Shown here piece after piece: positions 21,504 through 31,387 of a stretch of 64,000 nucleotides of DNA. Both the position numbers and the translations under genes were made by a program. Numbering within the stretch: position 1 is the stretch's first letter; each line of letters begins with the position of its first letter. Source of the stretch: a virus; the IMG/VR virus record IMGVR_UViG_3300034683_000333. One strand, written 5' to 3'. The notes beneath the pieces are model-generated. The model did no database searches and was not told the DNA's origin. It was given only the letters and a program-made list of their open reading frames with translations.

Positions 21504-22550
21504 TTAATTAAGATACTTTGCAAACTTTACAGCCCACAGCGCCATTTCACTCGTTTCAAGAAGGGCTGGCTTTACCTCTGCAATCATCCTAATGAATGCG
21601 ATTTCATATTCATCACCGAAACGTTCAACATACTTCTTGATCTTTCCGATATTCTCACCATTCACAACATTGATCAAAGAATTGCAAACAGCATGACGAA
21701 TATCATGTTCTTCTGGAACTGGAGTTCCTTCAGGATCATTCAAAATATCATCAATATCAGGAAACTTTTCAAACATCTTAATAAAATTCAAAAATTCAAT
21801 ACCAACACCGTCACCAACCGTTCCAATAATCAACTCGTCTCGAACAGAACCGGTAAAGGAATAAACAATATCACTTACATATTCCCATGTTCTGGGCGTT
21901 GCGAACGTAACCGCATCCGAATCGGGATTAAACTGGAAAAGATGGTGCCGTTGCTTGGAAACATAGGCAATCACATAGGGATGAATGTTGTTGTTTTCGG
22001 CCCACTTGATCCACGATTCCACGTCAACGTCAACGTTGATGTGGATGAACCGATTGGCGAGTGGAGCACTCAAATCGTAGGTATACGCACGATCTTCGCT
22101 TCTGTTTCCAGCCGCAACCACAACCCAACCATCGGGAAGTCGATAATTATCAATTTTGCGATCCAATGCAAGCTGAAGCGCAACCTTTTGGATATCGGGT
22201 TCGGCGGCGTTCAGCTCATCGAGAAAGAGAATACCACGACCATCGTGGGGAAGAATCGAAGGCTGAAACCACACCGTCTTTACAGACGAAACGGGAATGT
22301 ATTCATCCATGGAATTGAGATTGCGAAGGCGATCCTCTTCCACGACAGCAGGAAACGGAATGCCACGCATGTCCACCGTATCGTAGTAGATAAGGCGGAA
22401 ATCAATGAATCCGACACCAAGTTCATCGGCGACCTGCTTGATAAGCGTGCTCTTTCCGATACCAGGAGGCCCCCACATATACAAAGGACGACGAAATCCG
22501 TTTTCAAGCGATTTCTTAATGACCACCTTGATGTCCGAAATCTTCATCAC
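21504..22550 (-). CDS. MoxR/dynein-related AAA+ ATPase
   Basis: WGPPGIGKS, ILFLDELN, AAGNR, LANRF, TPRTW. Confidence 0.92.
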   Translation of the reverse strand: MMKISDIKVVIKKSLENGFRRPLYMWGPPGIGKSTLIKQVADELGVGFIDFRLIYYDTVDMRGIPFPAVVEEDRLRNLNSMDEYIPVSSVKTVWFQPSILPHDGRGILFLDELNAAEPDIQKVALQLALDRKIDNYRLPDGWVVVAAGNRSEDRAYTYDLSAPLANRFIHINVDVDVESWIKWAENNNIHPYVIAYVSKQRHHLFQFNPDSDAVTFATPRTWEYVSDIVYSFTGSVRDELIIGTVGDGVGIEFLNFIKMFEKFPDIDDILNDPEGTPVPEEHDIRHAVCNSLINVVNGENIGKIKKYVERFGDEYEIAFIRMIAEVKPALLETSEMALWAVKFAKYLN

Positions 22551-22596
22551 ACCCTCCTATGTTTTGGGTTAATCACCAACCCGTCCAGTTTCCGAA

Positions 22597-22625
22597 AATA
22601 TACTTTTTTTGAATCATTCTGTCAA
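22597..22625 (-). promoter_or_regulatory. sigma70-type promoter
   Basis: TTGACA-17 nt-TATATT. Confidence 0.7.
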
Positions 22626-22734
22626 CAACTTTTTTTCGTAACGTCTGTTTTTTTATTGCACATTGCTTCTAATCTTTTACAATGTCGTTAAGCTAACTAA
22701 TTTCTTATAAAATTCTATCAGCGAGTATTGAAGG

Positions 22735-24243
22735 ATGAAAATAAAAAAGCGAAAGAACAACCCAAAACTAATAAAAACACCACAATCGGTCATCCGCATA
22801 AATGATGGTAAAACTGAAGTTTATCGTCAACATTTTTACAAGTTAGCAAATAAACAAAAAAACATCAATCTTAATCGAATAGGATTAAACAAAGACGAAC
22901 GTTTGATAGTTGACACACTACTTGAACATTCCGATAAGGTATATCTTGTTGGTGGTGCTGTAAGAGATTTATTTCTCGGCAAAAAACCAAAGGATTTTGA
23001 TTTAGCAACTGATTTAAAACCAGAAGAAATCATAAAAATTTTTGGTGAAGACAAAGCAAAATTAACGGGAAATGTATTTCCAACAGTCCGAGTAAAAATA
23101 AATGATTCTGAGATTGAAGTAAGTACATTCAGAAAGGAAATTGGAGAACCAACCGGAGATAGAAAGCAATTTACCGTAAAATATGCCACAACAATCCAAG
23201 AAGACCTGGATAGAAGAGATCTTTCCATCAACGCCATTGCCATCAATTGCAAAACGGGGGAAATCGTCGATCCACACAATGGAATTTCAGATATTGAAAA
23301 CAAAGTTATTCGATTTGTAGGCGATCCACGTGATCGACTCCGGGAAGATCCTTTGCGGTTCTACCGGGCCATTCGATTTCGTCTTAAATTGGATGGAAAA
23401 TATGCACCCGAAACGATTTCGGCTCTTAAAGACCCATCAGTGGTCCAAATGGTAAAGGAAAATGTATCTAAAGAACGAATCCGAGAAGAGATTTTAAAGT
23501 CCATGAGCGCCACACAACGGGCGTCTGGATTTTTCAGGGATTTACATGCGTTCGGTATGTTGGAATACCTGTTCCCACCACTAGCCAAGTCCGTAAAACA
23601 CGACGGTGGTCCACACCACGGGGAAGATGTGTTCACCCATGCTATGTTGGTGGGAGACAATTTCACCCCACGAATCCCCAACGATCCCAATGAATCTCTG
23701 GCAAAACTGGCCGCTTACCTACACGACATTGGGAAACCAAGCACATACGACCCCGAAAACCGCTCCTTCTATAATCACGAAAAAATTGGAGTTTCTGTTG
23801 CAACTGAAATTCTAAAAAGCTTGAAATTCTCTACTAAAGAGATAGAATATGTATCGAAATTCATTCGCTACCACATGAACAAACCGACCACCCCAAAGGG
23901 CGCTCGAAAACTGATTCAACAATTCGGTGAAGAAGATTTGCCCAATCTCATCGAGCTTTTTCACGCAGACACAATCTCAAACTTGAACAAAACGCCGGAA
24001 GAGATTAAATTTAGTAAGGAAAAGATTGAAAATATACGGATTTTAATTGATGAGGTAAATTCAGAAAAAGATAAATTTTTGAAACCAATAATTACGGGCC
24101 ACACACTCATAAACGAACTCAAACTTAAACCCGGAAAAATTTTCAAGGAAATTCTCGATTTTGCAAACGAATTGACCTTGGAAGATCCAAATAGAACCAA
24201 AGAGGAAATACTTAACCAAATTAAGAGGAAATTTGATTTATGA
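22735..24243 (+). CDS. cca: CCA-adding tRNA nucleotidyltransferase with HD domain
   Basis: YLVGGAVRD..KDFDLAT, RRDLSINA, EDPLRFYRAIRF, ERIREE, LHDIGKP. Confidence 0.92.
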   Translation: MKIKKRKNNPKLIKTPQSVIRINDGKTEVYRQHFYKLANKQKNINLNRIGLNKDERLIVDTLLEHSDKVYLVGGAVRDLFLGKKPKDFDLATDLKPEEIIKIFGEDKAKLTGNVFPTVRVKINDSEIEVSTFRKEIGEPTGDRKQFTVKYATTIQEDLDRRDLSINAIAINCKTGEIVDPHNGISDIENKVIRFVGDPRDRLREDPLRFYRAIRFRLKLDGKYAPETISALKDPSVVQMVKENVSKERIREEILKSMSATQRASGFFRDLHAFGMLEYLFPPLAKSVKHDGGPHHGEDVFTHAMLVGDNFTPRIPNDPNESLAKLAAYLHDIGKPSTYDPENRSFYNHEKIGVSVATEILKSLKFSTKEIEYVSKFIRYHMNKPTTPKGARKLIQQFGEEDLPNLIELFHADTISNLNKTPEEIKFSKEKIENIRILIDEVNSEKDKFLKPIITGHTLINELKLKPGKIFKEILDFANELTLEDPNRTKEEILNQIKRKFDL

Positions 24244-24653
24244 AAGATAGCATAAACGAAAAAGCGAATCTTTTCATCAACATAGTAAAAAAAAGTAACG
24301 GTATGCTCCACGCTTGTGTGATACTGATGGATGACGATTTTTCGTTGTTAGATACCTATTCAAACCACAACATCAAAGAAGAGGTCCTGAAAAACACACT
24401 GAAATCAATGATCTTGACATATTTGCCAGAAAACCTAGCTATTAACATCATTTCATCTACACCGAATATTTATGAAATAGTTCCAGAAATAATTCCAACT
24501 GAAATCGTAAAAATAAATAATATATGTAACAAGGAAGATTTATTACATTACTACTCGCTTAGTGAAGATTACACACTAGCGAAAGACGAGAAAGAAAACT
24601 TTGAAAAACTCGTGAATCTTTGCGAAATGACAATAGAGTTCTACAAATCTTAA
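24240..24653 (+). CDS. hypothetical protein
   Basis: ATGA overlap with cca. Confidence 0.7.
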   Translation: MKDSINEKANLFINIVKKSNGMLHACVILMDDDFSLLDTYSNHNIKEEVLKNTLKSMILTYLPENLAINIISSTPNIYEIVPEIIPTEIVKINNICNKEDLLHYYSLSEDYTLAKDEKENFEKLVNLCEMTIEFYKS

Positions 24654-24666
24654 TTGGAGAGCCAAC

Positions 24667-25158
24667 ATGAAGTTTAACAAAAACTAGGCAAAAGAACGAT
24701 TTTACAAATTCAATCACAGCGGTGCGGCAACCGACATAAAACTCACATTATTCGAATGCCGCTCAATGAAAGAATTCTGGGAAACTCTCGAAGAAGGCTT
24801 CGGTCCAATCCGAGACGACGTTCTTTACGGGAAGGGAAAATTTTTTAGTAAAGAAGAAATTCATAAATTCAAGGAAGATCGAATTCTTACGGACTACACA
24901 CGAGAGGTTCACGACATCTTGCGGTTTCTCTCGACACCCGACGTATTTCGAACATTCGAAAAATTATATTTTCAGGAAACCGACAAACCCGACCTTTTCA
25001 CTAGAGAAAATAGTCGGAAATTTTATGAGATGGCATGGCGTCCCTTTATCAAAGACCTACATGCTATCGGGAATATCGAGAAGAATTGGAAAAAATACCT
25101 AACTAACTATGCGAAAAAACTAAATAAAACGAAGGTAAAAGTAAAACAGATCACTTAA
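24667..25158 (+). CDS. hypothetical protein; TAG at 24685-24687 (codon 7) read through
   Basis: SD GGAGAG plus ATG 24667 in frame with track ORF 24766 (MKFNKN*AKERFYKF). Confidence 0.7.
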
Positions 25159-25193
25159 TACGAAAAATTTTCACGAAAATCGTCATCTACCTG

Positions 25194-25222
25194 TTGCAAA
25201 TAAAGCGAACCTTTTTTATATT
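25194..25222 (+). promoter_or_regulatory. sigma70-type promoter for trpS
   Basis: TTGCAA-17 nt-TATATT. Confidence 0.55.
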
Positions 25223-25275
25223 AGGGGAAGTACCTTCTTGGAGCTATGTAGTAACACCAATCAACGAAAGGAGAC

Positions 25276-26502
25276 ATGCGATTGATGGAGAGTTTCACCC
25301 CCACCGACTATTCCGTTTCGATGGTTGGCTTTCGTCCAACGTCCAATTTGCACCTTGGGCACTATCTTTCCATTATCAAACCAATTTTAGAAAATCAGTT
25401 TAAAACAATAATTTTTTCGGCTGAACTACACACCCTTACTTCTTCACAACATCACCCCGGTCGTGCGTTGAAAGACGCACGAGAAACCACAATCCAATGT
25501 ATCACGACAATTTCTCGCTATGTCAACCTGGACCCTGAACATGTTGTTTTTATCAGCCAATATGAGATGAAAGACAAACACTATGAACTCCATAACATGA
25601 TTATCAACGCTGGAACCACACCGGCAATTCTATTCAGAAACCCAATTTACGTCAGTGCACTTAAGAATGAATTCATTGATTACCTAAACGATAAGCAGAC
25701 ATTAAACGAAGAAGAGATAAATTGCATCGTGGATGTTTTCTTTTCTCATTCCGATATCCTGATTGGTGGGCTAACGCCCTTGGGAACAAACTGTATCATC
25801 AACCAACTCGAAAAATGCAAAATTGATAAAAAGACAATCAATGAAATAATCCATCACGTAACCAAAATCTCTTATGGAAATCTGGGACTAGCCCATTATC
25901 CTCTTCTCATGGCGGCTGATGTGATCCTCTACGAACCCGACACACTCATTGTCGGTGACGACCAGAAACCCAACGTCCAAATAATCCACGAAATCATCGA
26001 TATGTTGACACATCGATGGAACATTGGCATCAAGCGATTTCGACCCGTTTATTCAGGCGACCGACCCCTTTGTGGATTCGACGGACGCAAAATGTCGAGT
26101 TCTCTAAATAATTATCTTCTACTCGATTGGTTCACGACCGCAAAAGATCTAGTTTACGAATATTACAATAGATTTATCACTTATCCGAGACGCCGAACTG
26201 AACCTGGAATCTTCCACGAGTGTCCATTAAGCACACACTGGATCGCCTTTGGAAACAAAGACCAGATTGAAGAAATTCAATCAGCTTGCGAAACAGCAAA
26301 AATTGGATGCCTAGATTGTAAACGTAAAATTGCGGAACACATGTTGGTCACATTGAAACCACGATTTAGGGCCATACCAAACGTCAAAAGTCTCATCGAA
26401 GAAGGAAGTTGGTGGGCCAAAAATCGAATTAAAAATTCGAGTATATTTTCAGATTGGAATTATTCAGAAACCTTCGATTCGCTAGATATTCTTACCTACT
26501 GA
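25276..26502 (+). CDS. trpS: divergent tryptophanyl-tRNA synthetase
   Basis: GFRPTSNLHLGHY (HIGH), AELHTLT, YPLLMAADVILY, VGDDQ, KMSSS, C-x21-C-x6-C-x2-C. Confidence 0.9.
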   Translation: MRLMESFTPTDYSVSMVGFRPTSNLHLGHYLSIIKPILENQFKTIIFSAELHTLTSSQHHPGRALKDARETTIQCITTISRYVNLDPEHVVFISQYEMKDKHYELHNMIINAGTTPAILFRNPIYVSALKNEFIDYLNDKQTLNEEEINCIVDVFFSHSDILIGGLTPLGTNCIINQLEKCKIDKKTINEIIHHVTKISYGNLGLAHYPLLMAADVILYEPDTLIVGDDQKPNVQIIHEIIDMLTHRWNIGIKRFRPVYSGDRPLCGFDGRKMSSSLNNYLLLDWFTTAKDLVYEYYNRFITYPRRRTEPGIFHECPLSTHWIAFGNKDQIEEIQSACETAKIGCLDCKRKIAEHMLVTLKPRFRAIPNVKSLIEEGSWWAKNRIKNSSIFSDWNYSETFDSLDILTY

Positions 26503-26984
26503 TTACCAACCAGCTTCCACATCCGAAAACACGAAAGGGGAACCGAAAAAAACGGTTCCCTTTTTGTATATTTAGTGTTTTTAAAAATGATATTTGACTG
26601 CTTAATTACATCCATCGTTGTAATCAAAAGCGTATTCAAACTGGAATTAAACATGACATACACTTCCGCTTTACAATGGCGTTTTCTAGCTGGCACATCA
26701 ACAGTTTCCTAACCTTGCCATTCTCCATATTTAGTCCACACATTTTTGACTTCCACTTCAACCGGAATATAACAATCATTTTCCTTATCATATAACATAA
26801 TATCAAAATCACGATATTGTTCTTCGTCTGGTACAATAACATCATATCGTTTGAATTGACAAAAAAATGACGCACCCACATTCTTTGCAGGTGCGTCAAA
26901 TTGTTCGTAATGAATTCTACTGAATTTCTTTTTTCCAACGGAGATTTCAGAACAAGAGGCGGATTCCATTCCCACTTTTCGCAC
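26496..26984 (-). CDS. PD-(D/E)XK-like phage nuclease; TAG at 26709-26711 read through
   Basis: DFDIML..VEVEVKNVW..WQG*ETVDVPARK; joins track ORFs 26709..26984 and 26496..26696 in frame. Confidence 0.72.
26534..26565 (+). terminator. intrinsic terminator after trpS
   Basis: GGGAACCG/CGGTTCCC stem followed by TTTTT. Confidence 0.65.
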
Positions 26985-27002
26985 TCACCTAAAAAATTTT
27001 AT

Positions 27003-27392
27003 TTACCAACCTACACGGCGGTTTAATTTTTCGTCTTCGTTTACATATATATTTTGCAGACGTTCCATTTCCACATGAACTACCGTATAGGATCGACTCC
27101 TAAGCTTTCCCAATCTAGGATTTTCATCCATTGAAAAAGCTCTTGCTTTGAAATTGGTATAATTCATAGAAGAAATAACACCAATCATATAGATAAGAAA
27201 AGTTTTACGATCTACAAACACACGATAACGATAATCATAATCACGATTTTCGATAATGTTTGATTTTTCAACACCGGCACATTCACAAAACCTTTCAATA
27301 TCCTCACGAACTCGTGCACGCACCAACACTTCATCATCATTATTGTGATTCACAACCACCGAAAAGAAACCATCCTCATTGAAAATCAACAT
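27003..27392 (-). CDS. conserved phage hypothetical protein
   Basis: GFFSVV..LVRAR..DYRYR..YTNFK pattern; SD upstream. Confidence 0.7.
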   Translation of the reverse strand: MLIFNEDGFFSVVVNHNNDDEVLVRARVREDIERFCECAGVEKSNIIENRDYDYRYRVFVDRKTFLIYMIGVISSMNYTNFKARAFSMDENPRLGKLRSRSYTVVHVEMERLQNIYVNEDEKLNRRVGW

Positions 27393-27393
27393 G

Positions 27394-28050
27394 CTAGCTC
27401 TCCTTTCTTGTTTGGGTTATTGTTGTATAACACACATTACCATTACTACTATTTTTCAAAGATGCGTAGAACATCATTCTTCCATACACAGACAACACTT
27501 TTTGCGGATATCTATTGGCATTACCACTGTAGTGCCTTAATGTTTTGATAACATCATAATCATACATTTTAAGGAGTTTGGTTAGTATATAATTACCAAC
27601 ACGGATGTTTTTCTCAATATCCAATAAATCTTTACGATTACGAATTCCAAATTGCTTTAATTCATCTTTCCAAACATCATAATAAATCTGGCATAAACCG
27701 AAAGCTCCAACACTACTATGAGCATTTGGATTAAAATGACTCTCAACATACATAATTGATATTAGAAGAATTGGATAATCACTAACTTTATACGCTACAT
27801 CAACAACTTTGTCAATATATTTTTCACGTTCATGCCCTATATATTGTATAATATGATCTTTTACTAATTTTTTATTTACACCGGTATTTTGAGAAGGTAG
27901 TAAAAAATGCGGCGGAAAATAATCAATAATAATTCCCTCATTGTTGGTTTCCTCTTCTTCTATGTTGGGTTTGTTTACTATATATTTATCAGATACAAAA
28001 AAACCAATCATCAAACCGACACAAAATGCTACGTATGAAATGTACTTCAT
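27394..28050 (-). CDS. SLT-family lytic transglycosylase with N-terminal membrane anchor
   Basis: IMYVESHFNPNAHSSVGAFGLCQI, NIRVG, hydrophobic N-terminus (SAR-endolysin-like). Confidence 0.85.
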   Translation of the reverse strand: MKYISYVAFCVGLMIGFFVSDKYIVNKPNIEEEETNNEGIIIDYFPPHFLLPSQNTGVNKKLVKDHIIQYIGHEREKYIDKVVDVAYKVSDYPILLISIMYVESHFNPNAHSSVGAFGLCQIYYDVWKDELKQFGIRNRKDLLDIEKNIRVGNYILTKLLKMYDYDVIKTLRHYSGNANRYPQKVLSVYGRMMFYASLKNSSNGNVCYTTITQTRKES

Positions 28051-28496
28051 GTAACCTCCTCAAATTCGAGTATTCGATACCGCACACCACATTCATCAAA
28101 CATCAATCGACTGATTTCCCAACTCGACTTCCATTTTTCATTTGACCAATCGGCGCAAAACACGATTTCTTTAATGCCACTTTGAATAATCGCCTTTGCA
28201 CATTCATTACATGGTGGTAACGGCCAGATATACATCGTGCAATCATCCAACGGCGTTCCACACCTTGCGGCATTACATATGGCGTTTACCTCGGCATGAA
28301 CAACAAGATTATATTTGGTTTGTCGATCATTATAGCGCTCAGGCAGATCATTCACACCACGAGCAAATCCATTCCACCCGGTCGATCGAATCTCCCGATC
28401 CGGCCCAACAATAATAGATCCAACTTTACACGACGGATCTTTCGATTTCATCGATACTGCTTTTGCAACTTCGAGAAAGTATGTATCCCAATCCAT
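28047..28496 (-). CDS. dCMP deaminase
   Basis: SKDPSCKVG, TGWNG, HAEVNAI, PCNECAKAIIQSGI. Confidence 0.93.
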   Translation of the reverse strand: MDWDTYFLEVAKAVSMKSKDPSCKVGSIIVGPDREIRSTGWNGFARGVNDLPERYNDRQTKYNLVVHAEVNAICNAARCGTPLDDCTMYIWPLPPCNECAKAIIQSGIKEIVFCADWSNEKWKSSWEISRLMFDECGVRYRILEFEEVT

Positions 28497-28499
28497 ACA

Positions 28500-29372
28500 T
28501 TAAAACCTCCAAATAACTTTTTTAACTGCATTTACACAATACTTTGATTTGTTACTATACCAAATATCAACATATATACTACAATATTTAACCAACGCCT
28601 CACTATGTAACTTATAATCTATCTTAGATTTGTCCCACCACTTATGAAACTGCTTAGAGTTATACTGTGCCAATTTACCAGCATGTCGATAGTTAAATTT
28701 CTCTCCATCCCACCAAACATCAAAATACTCTGAGCAATACTTAGGTAAATATCCAGAATCTTTTTTCCAATTGAATTTATCTGGATTCCACCATTTGTCA
28801 AAATGTGCGTTACAATATTCAGCTAAATAAGATGAACCACGCTTCCAATCAAACCTTTCTGAGTCCCACCAATCATCAAAATTATCGGCACAACACTTAG
28901 CCAAATAAATCGAATCACGACTCCAATGAAATTTATTTGGATTCCACCACTTCCGAAATTCTTTGTAACAATACATTGCCAAGTACTTGGAACAATTATT
29001 CCAATTGTATCGATTTTCATCCCACCATATATCAAAATATTCAAAACAATATTGAGCTAAATAGCTCGATCCCTGTATCCAATTAAATTTATCAGGATTC
29101 CACCATTTTAAAAAGTCGTTACGACAAAACTTTGCCAAAGCCCACGAAAAGTTATTAAAATTATACTTGTTTTCGTCCCACCACACATCAAAATAACCGT
29201 AACAATACTGAGCTAAAAACCCAGAATGTTCTTTCCAATTGAATTTATCAGCATCCCACCAAAGCAAAAACTTGTCAAAGTGAAGAATAACTAGTCTTCC
29301 AGAATCTTCTTTCCAATTAAACGTTTCGGGATTCCAATTATTGAAATCAATACTAAGGGTCATTTTTCTCAC
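28500..29372 (-). CDS. Trp-rich ~26-aa tandem repeat protein (paralogue 1)
   Basis: Repeated LAxYCxxxFDxWWDxxKFNW units. Confidence 0.85.
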   Translation of the reverse strand: MRKMTLSIDFNNWNPETFNWKEDSGRLVILHFDKFLLWWDADKFNWKEHSGFLAQYCYGYFDVWWDENKYNFNNFSWALAKFCRNDFLKWWNPDKFNWIQGSSYLAQYCFEYFDIWWDENRYNWNNCSKYLAMYCYKEFRKWWNPNKFHWSRDSIYLAKCCADNFDDWWDSERFDWKRGSSYLAEYCNAHFDKWWNPDKFNWKKDSGYLPKYCSEYFDVWWDGEKFNYRHAGKLAQYNSKQFHKWWDKSKIDYKLHSEALVKYCSIYVDIWYSNKSKYCVNAVKKVIWRF

Positions 29373-29815
29373 TCATCCGTCTTGGGATGAATTCCATAAG
29401 AGTCAAACACAAAATCCACTGCTTCGGGCGGATACTCTGGAGCTATGGCCTCAACAAAGGCCGAAACTTCCTTCTCTGTAGGATTCCCACGAAGAATTTG
29501 ATCCCAATTGGAACCCTAACCAAACAGACCAAGCTCGCTGAAAATGATCTTGGCATGTTTCTGAAGACCTGGATCATCTGGTTTTACCTTCAGAAGGTAG
29601 CGCAAAAGCATGGTATAATGCATACGCTCCCAAGGACGGGCTGAATAGAGAAGAGACAAAGACTCTTCACGAGCCTCCCTACCCTTTTTCGTCAAACCAA
29701 GAGAAGGTGGTAAAATGGTATATGTTATTTGGGTGGGAGTTTGCCACAATTGAATTTCACCATCCCTCGTTCTTGCAACCAAATTAACACTCATTGCACC
29801 CTCCTTTGTTATCAC
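29369..29815 (-). CDS. hypothetical protein; TAG at 29516-29518 read through
   Basis: Readthrough adds 48 residues (LFG*GSNWDQILRG..) and ends at a TGA overlapping the next gene start. Confidence 0.72.
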
Positions 29816-29822
29816 GAAACAT

Positions 29823-29851
29823 AAAATATCATATAATTAAGAACTCGTCAA
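29823..29851 (-). promoter_or_regulatory. sigma70-type promoter
   Basis: TTGACG-17 nt-TATTTT with TG extension. Confidence 0.55.
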
Positions 29852-29904
29852 GTTCTTTTTTATCATGAACAACAATGATCAATTCCCAATCTTAATGTTC
29901 ATAA

Positions 29905-30609
29905 TTATTTCAAAGCAATGTACTTTGCTACAGCTTCCCTACAATACTTCGATTTACTCGAATACCACACGTCAAAGTATTCATAACAATGTTTTACTAA
30001 TAATTGAGCATGTTCTTTATAGTTAATTTTAGATCTGTCCCACCATTTAGTGAAATGGTTAGAACAATATGTAATTAAACTATCAATAGCGTGCCAATTA
30101 AATAGCTTTGGATTCCACCACTTATCAAAATTGTCAAAAGCGTACTCTGCCAATGCCCATGAACAATTTATCCAATCATATCTTTTCTCACACCACCATT
30201 TATCGAAGTGATTGTAACAGTATTTCGCTAATGCCCAAGAATTAACCCAATTAAATCTTTCGGCATCCCACCAGATGTCAAAATGATCGGAACAATATTC
30301 AGCCAAAAGAACAGAATACCATCTTTCAAGTTCAAATTTCTCAGCATCCCACCATTTTTCAAAATGCTGGTAGCAATACTCAGGTAAAAATCTGGCATCA
30401 TTTTTCCAATTAAACTTTTCAGTGTCCCACCAAATATCGAAATGATTATAACAATATTTAACAAGATACCATGAATACTCCCAGTTATACAGATTCGCAT
30501 CCCACCACTTATCAAAACAATGGGAATAATACCTAGCTAAAATCCGAGAATTCTTCTCCCAATCAAACTCTTCTGGGTTCCAATCATTAAAATCAATATA
30601 CATAATCAT
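29905..30609 (-). CDS. Trp-rich repeat protein (paralogue 2)
   Basis: Same repeat unit and C-terminal cap. Confidence 0.85.
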   Translation of the reverse strand: MIMYIDFNDWNPEEFDWEKNSRILARYYSHCFDKWWDANLYNWEYSWYLVKYCYNHFDIWWDTEKFNWKNDARFLPEYCYQHFEKWWDAEKFELERWYSVLLAEYCSDHFDIWWDAERFNWVNSWALAKYCYNHFDKWWCEKRYDWINCSWALAEYAFDNFDKWWNPKLFNWHAIDSLITYCSNHFTKWWDRSKINYKEHAQLLVKHCYEYFDVWYSSKSKYCREAVAKYIALK

Positions 30610-31385
30610 TCCTCAGTAACATACATTTTCAAAGCTTCTCTGCAATGGGTGGATCTATCCGAGTACCAAACGTCAACGTATTTGTAGCAATACTTCATCA
30701 ACAATTTTGCATGTTCCGTATAACTGATTTTAGATTTGTCCCACCACTTTGGAAAATGATCTGGGCAATACTTTATAATCTCAGACATTTTACTACGTGT
30801 AAATCTCTTAGCGTCCCACCATTTATCGAAATGATTAGAACAATATTGAATCAAAGACCGGGAATCTTTTTTAAAATTAAACTTTTCCGGGTTCCACCAC
30901 TTGTCAAAATTCTCGCAACAAAACTGAGCCAAAAACCCCGAAAACGATTTCCAATTATACCTTTCGGCATTCCACCAATCATCAAACCGATGGGAACAAA
31001 ACTGCGCCAACACCCATGAACCACTTTTATAATTGAATCTTTCCGCATCCCACCAAATATCAAAATCTTCACAACAATAACAAACAAGTATCGCTCCGTG
31101 TCTAGTCCAATTGAACTTCTCCGGGTCCCACCATTTTTTGATGTGTTTCTTACAATATTGAGCCAACACACCGGAACACCTATTCCAGTTGAATTTCTCC
31201 GGGTCCCACCAAGTATCAAAGTACTCATAACAATACTGAGCTAAATTAAAAGAACCAGACCTCCAATTGAATTTCTCAGAATTCCACCACTTATCAATTA
31301 AATTAGGATAATTTTGAGCTAAAAACCAAGACCTACTCTTCCAATCGAAAATCTCTGGACTCCAATTGTCGAAATCAATTCTCAT
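30606..31385 (-). CDS. Trp-rich repeat protein (paralogue 3)
   Basis: Same repeat unit and C-terminal cap. Confidence 0.85.
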   Translation of the reverse strand: MRIDFDNWSPEIFDWKSRSWFLAQNYPNLIDKWWNSEKFNWRSGSFNLAQYCYEYFDTWWDPEKFNWNRCSGVLAQYCKKHIKKWWDPEKFNWTRHGAILVCYCCEDFDIWWDAERFNYKSGSWVLAQFCSHRFDDWWNAERYNWKSFSGFLAQFCCENFDKWWNPEKFNFKKDSRSLIQYCSNHFDKWWDAKRFTRSKMSEIIKYCPDHFPKWWDKSKISYTEHAKLLMKYCYKYVDVWYSDRSTHCREALKMYVTEE

Positions 31386-31387
31386 GT

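Noticed and set aside
25276-26502. TGA-to-Trp (code 4) recoding as the reason for trpS
   Set aside because: TGA terminates many genes, often in ATGA/TGATG overlaps, and I found no TGA that needs to be read through.
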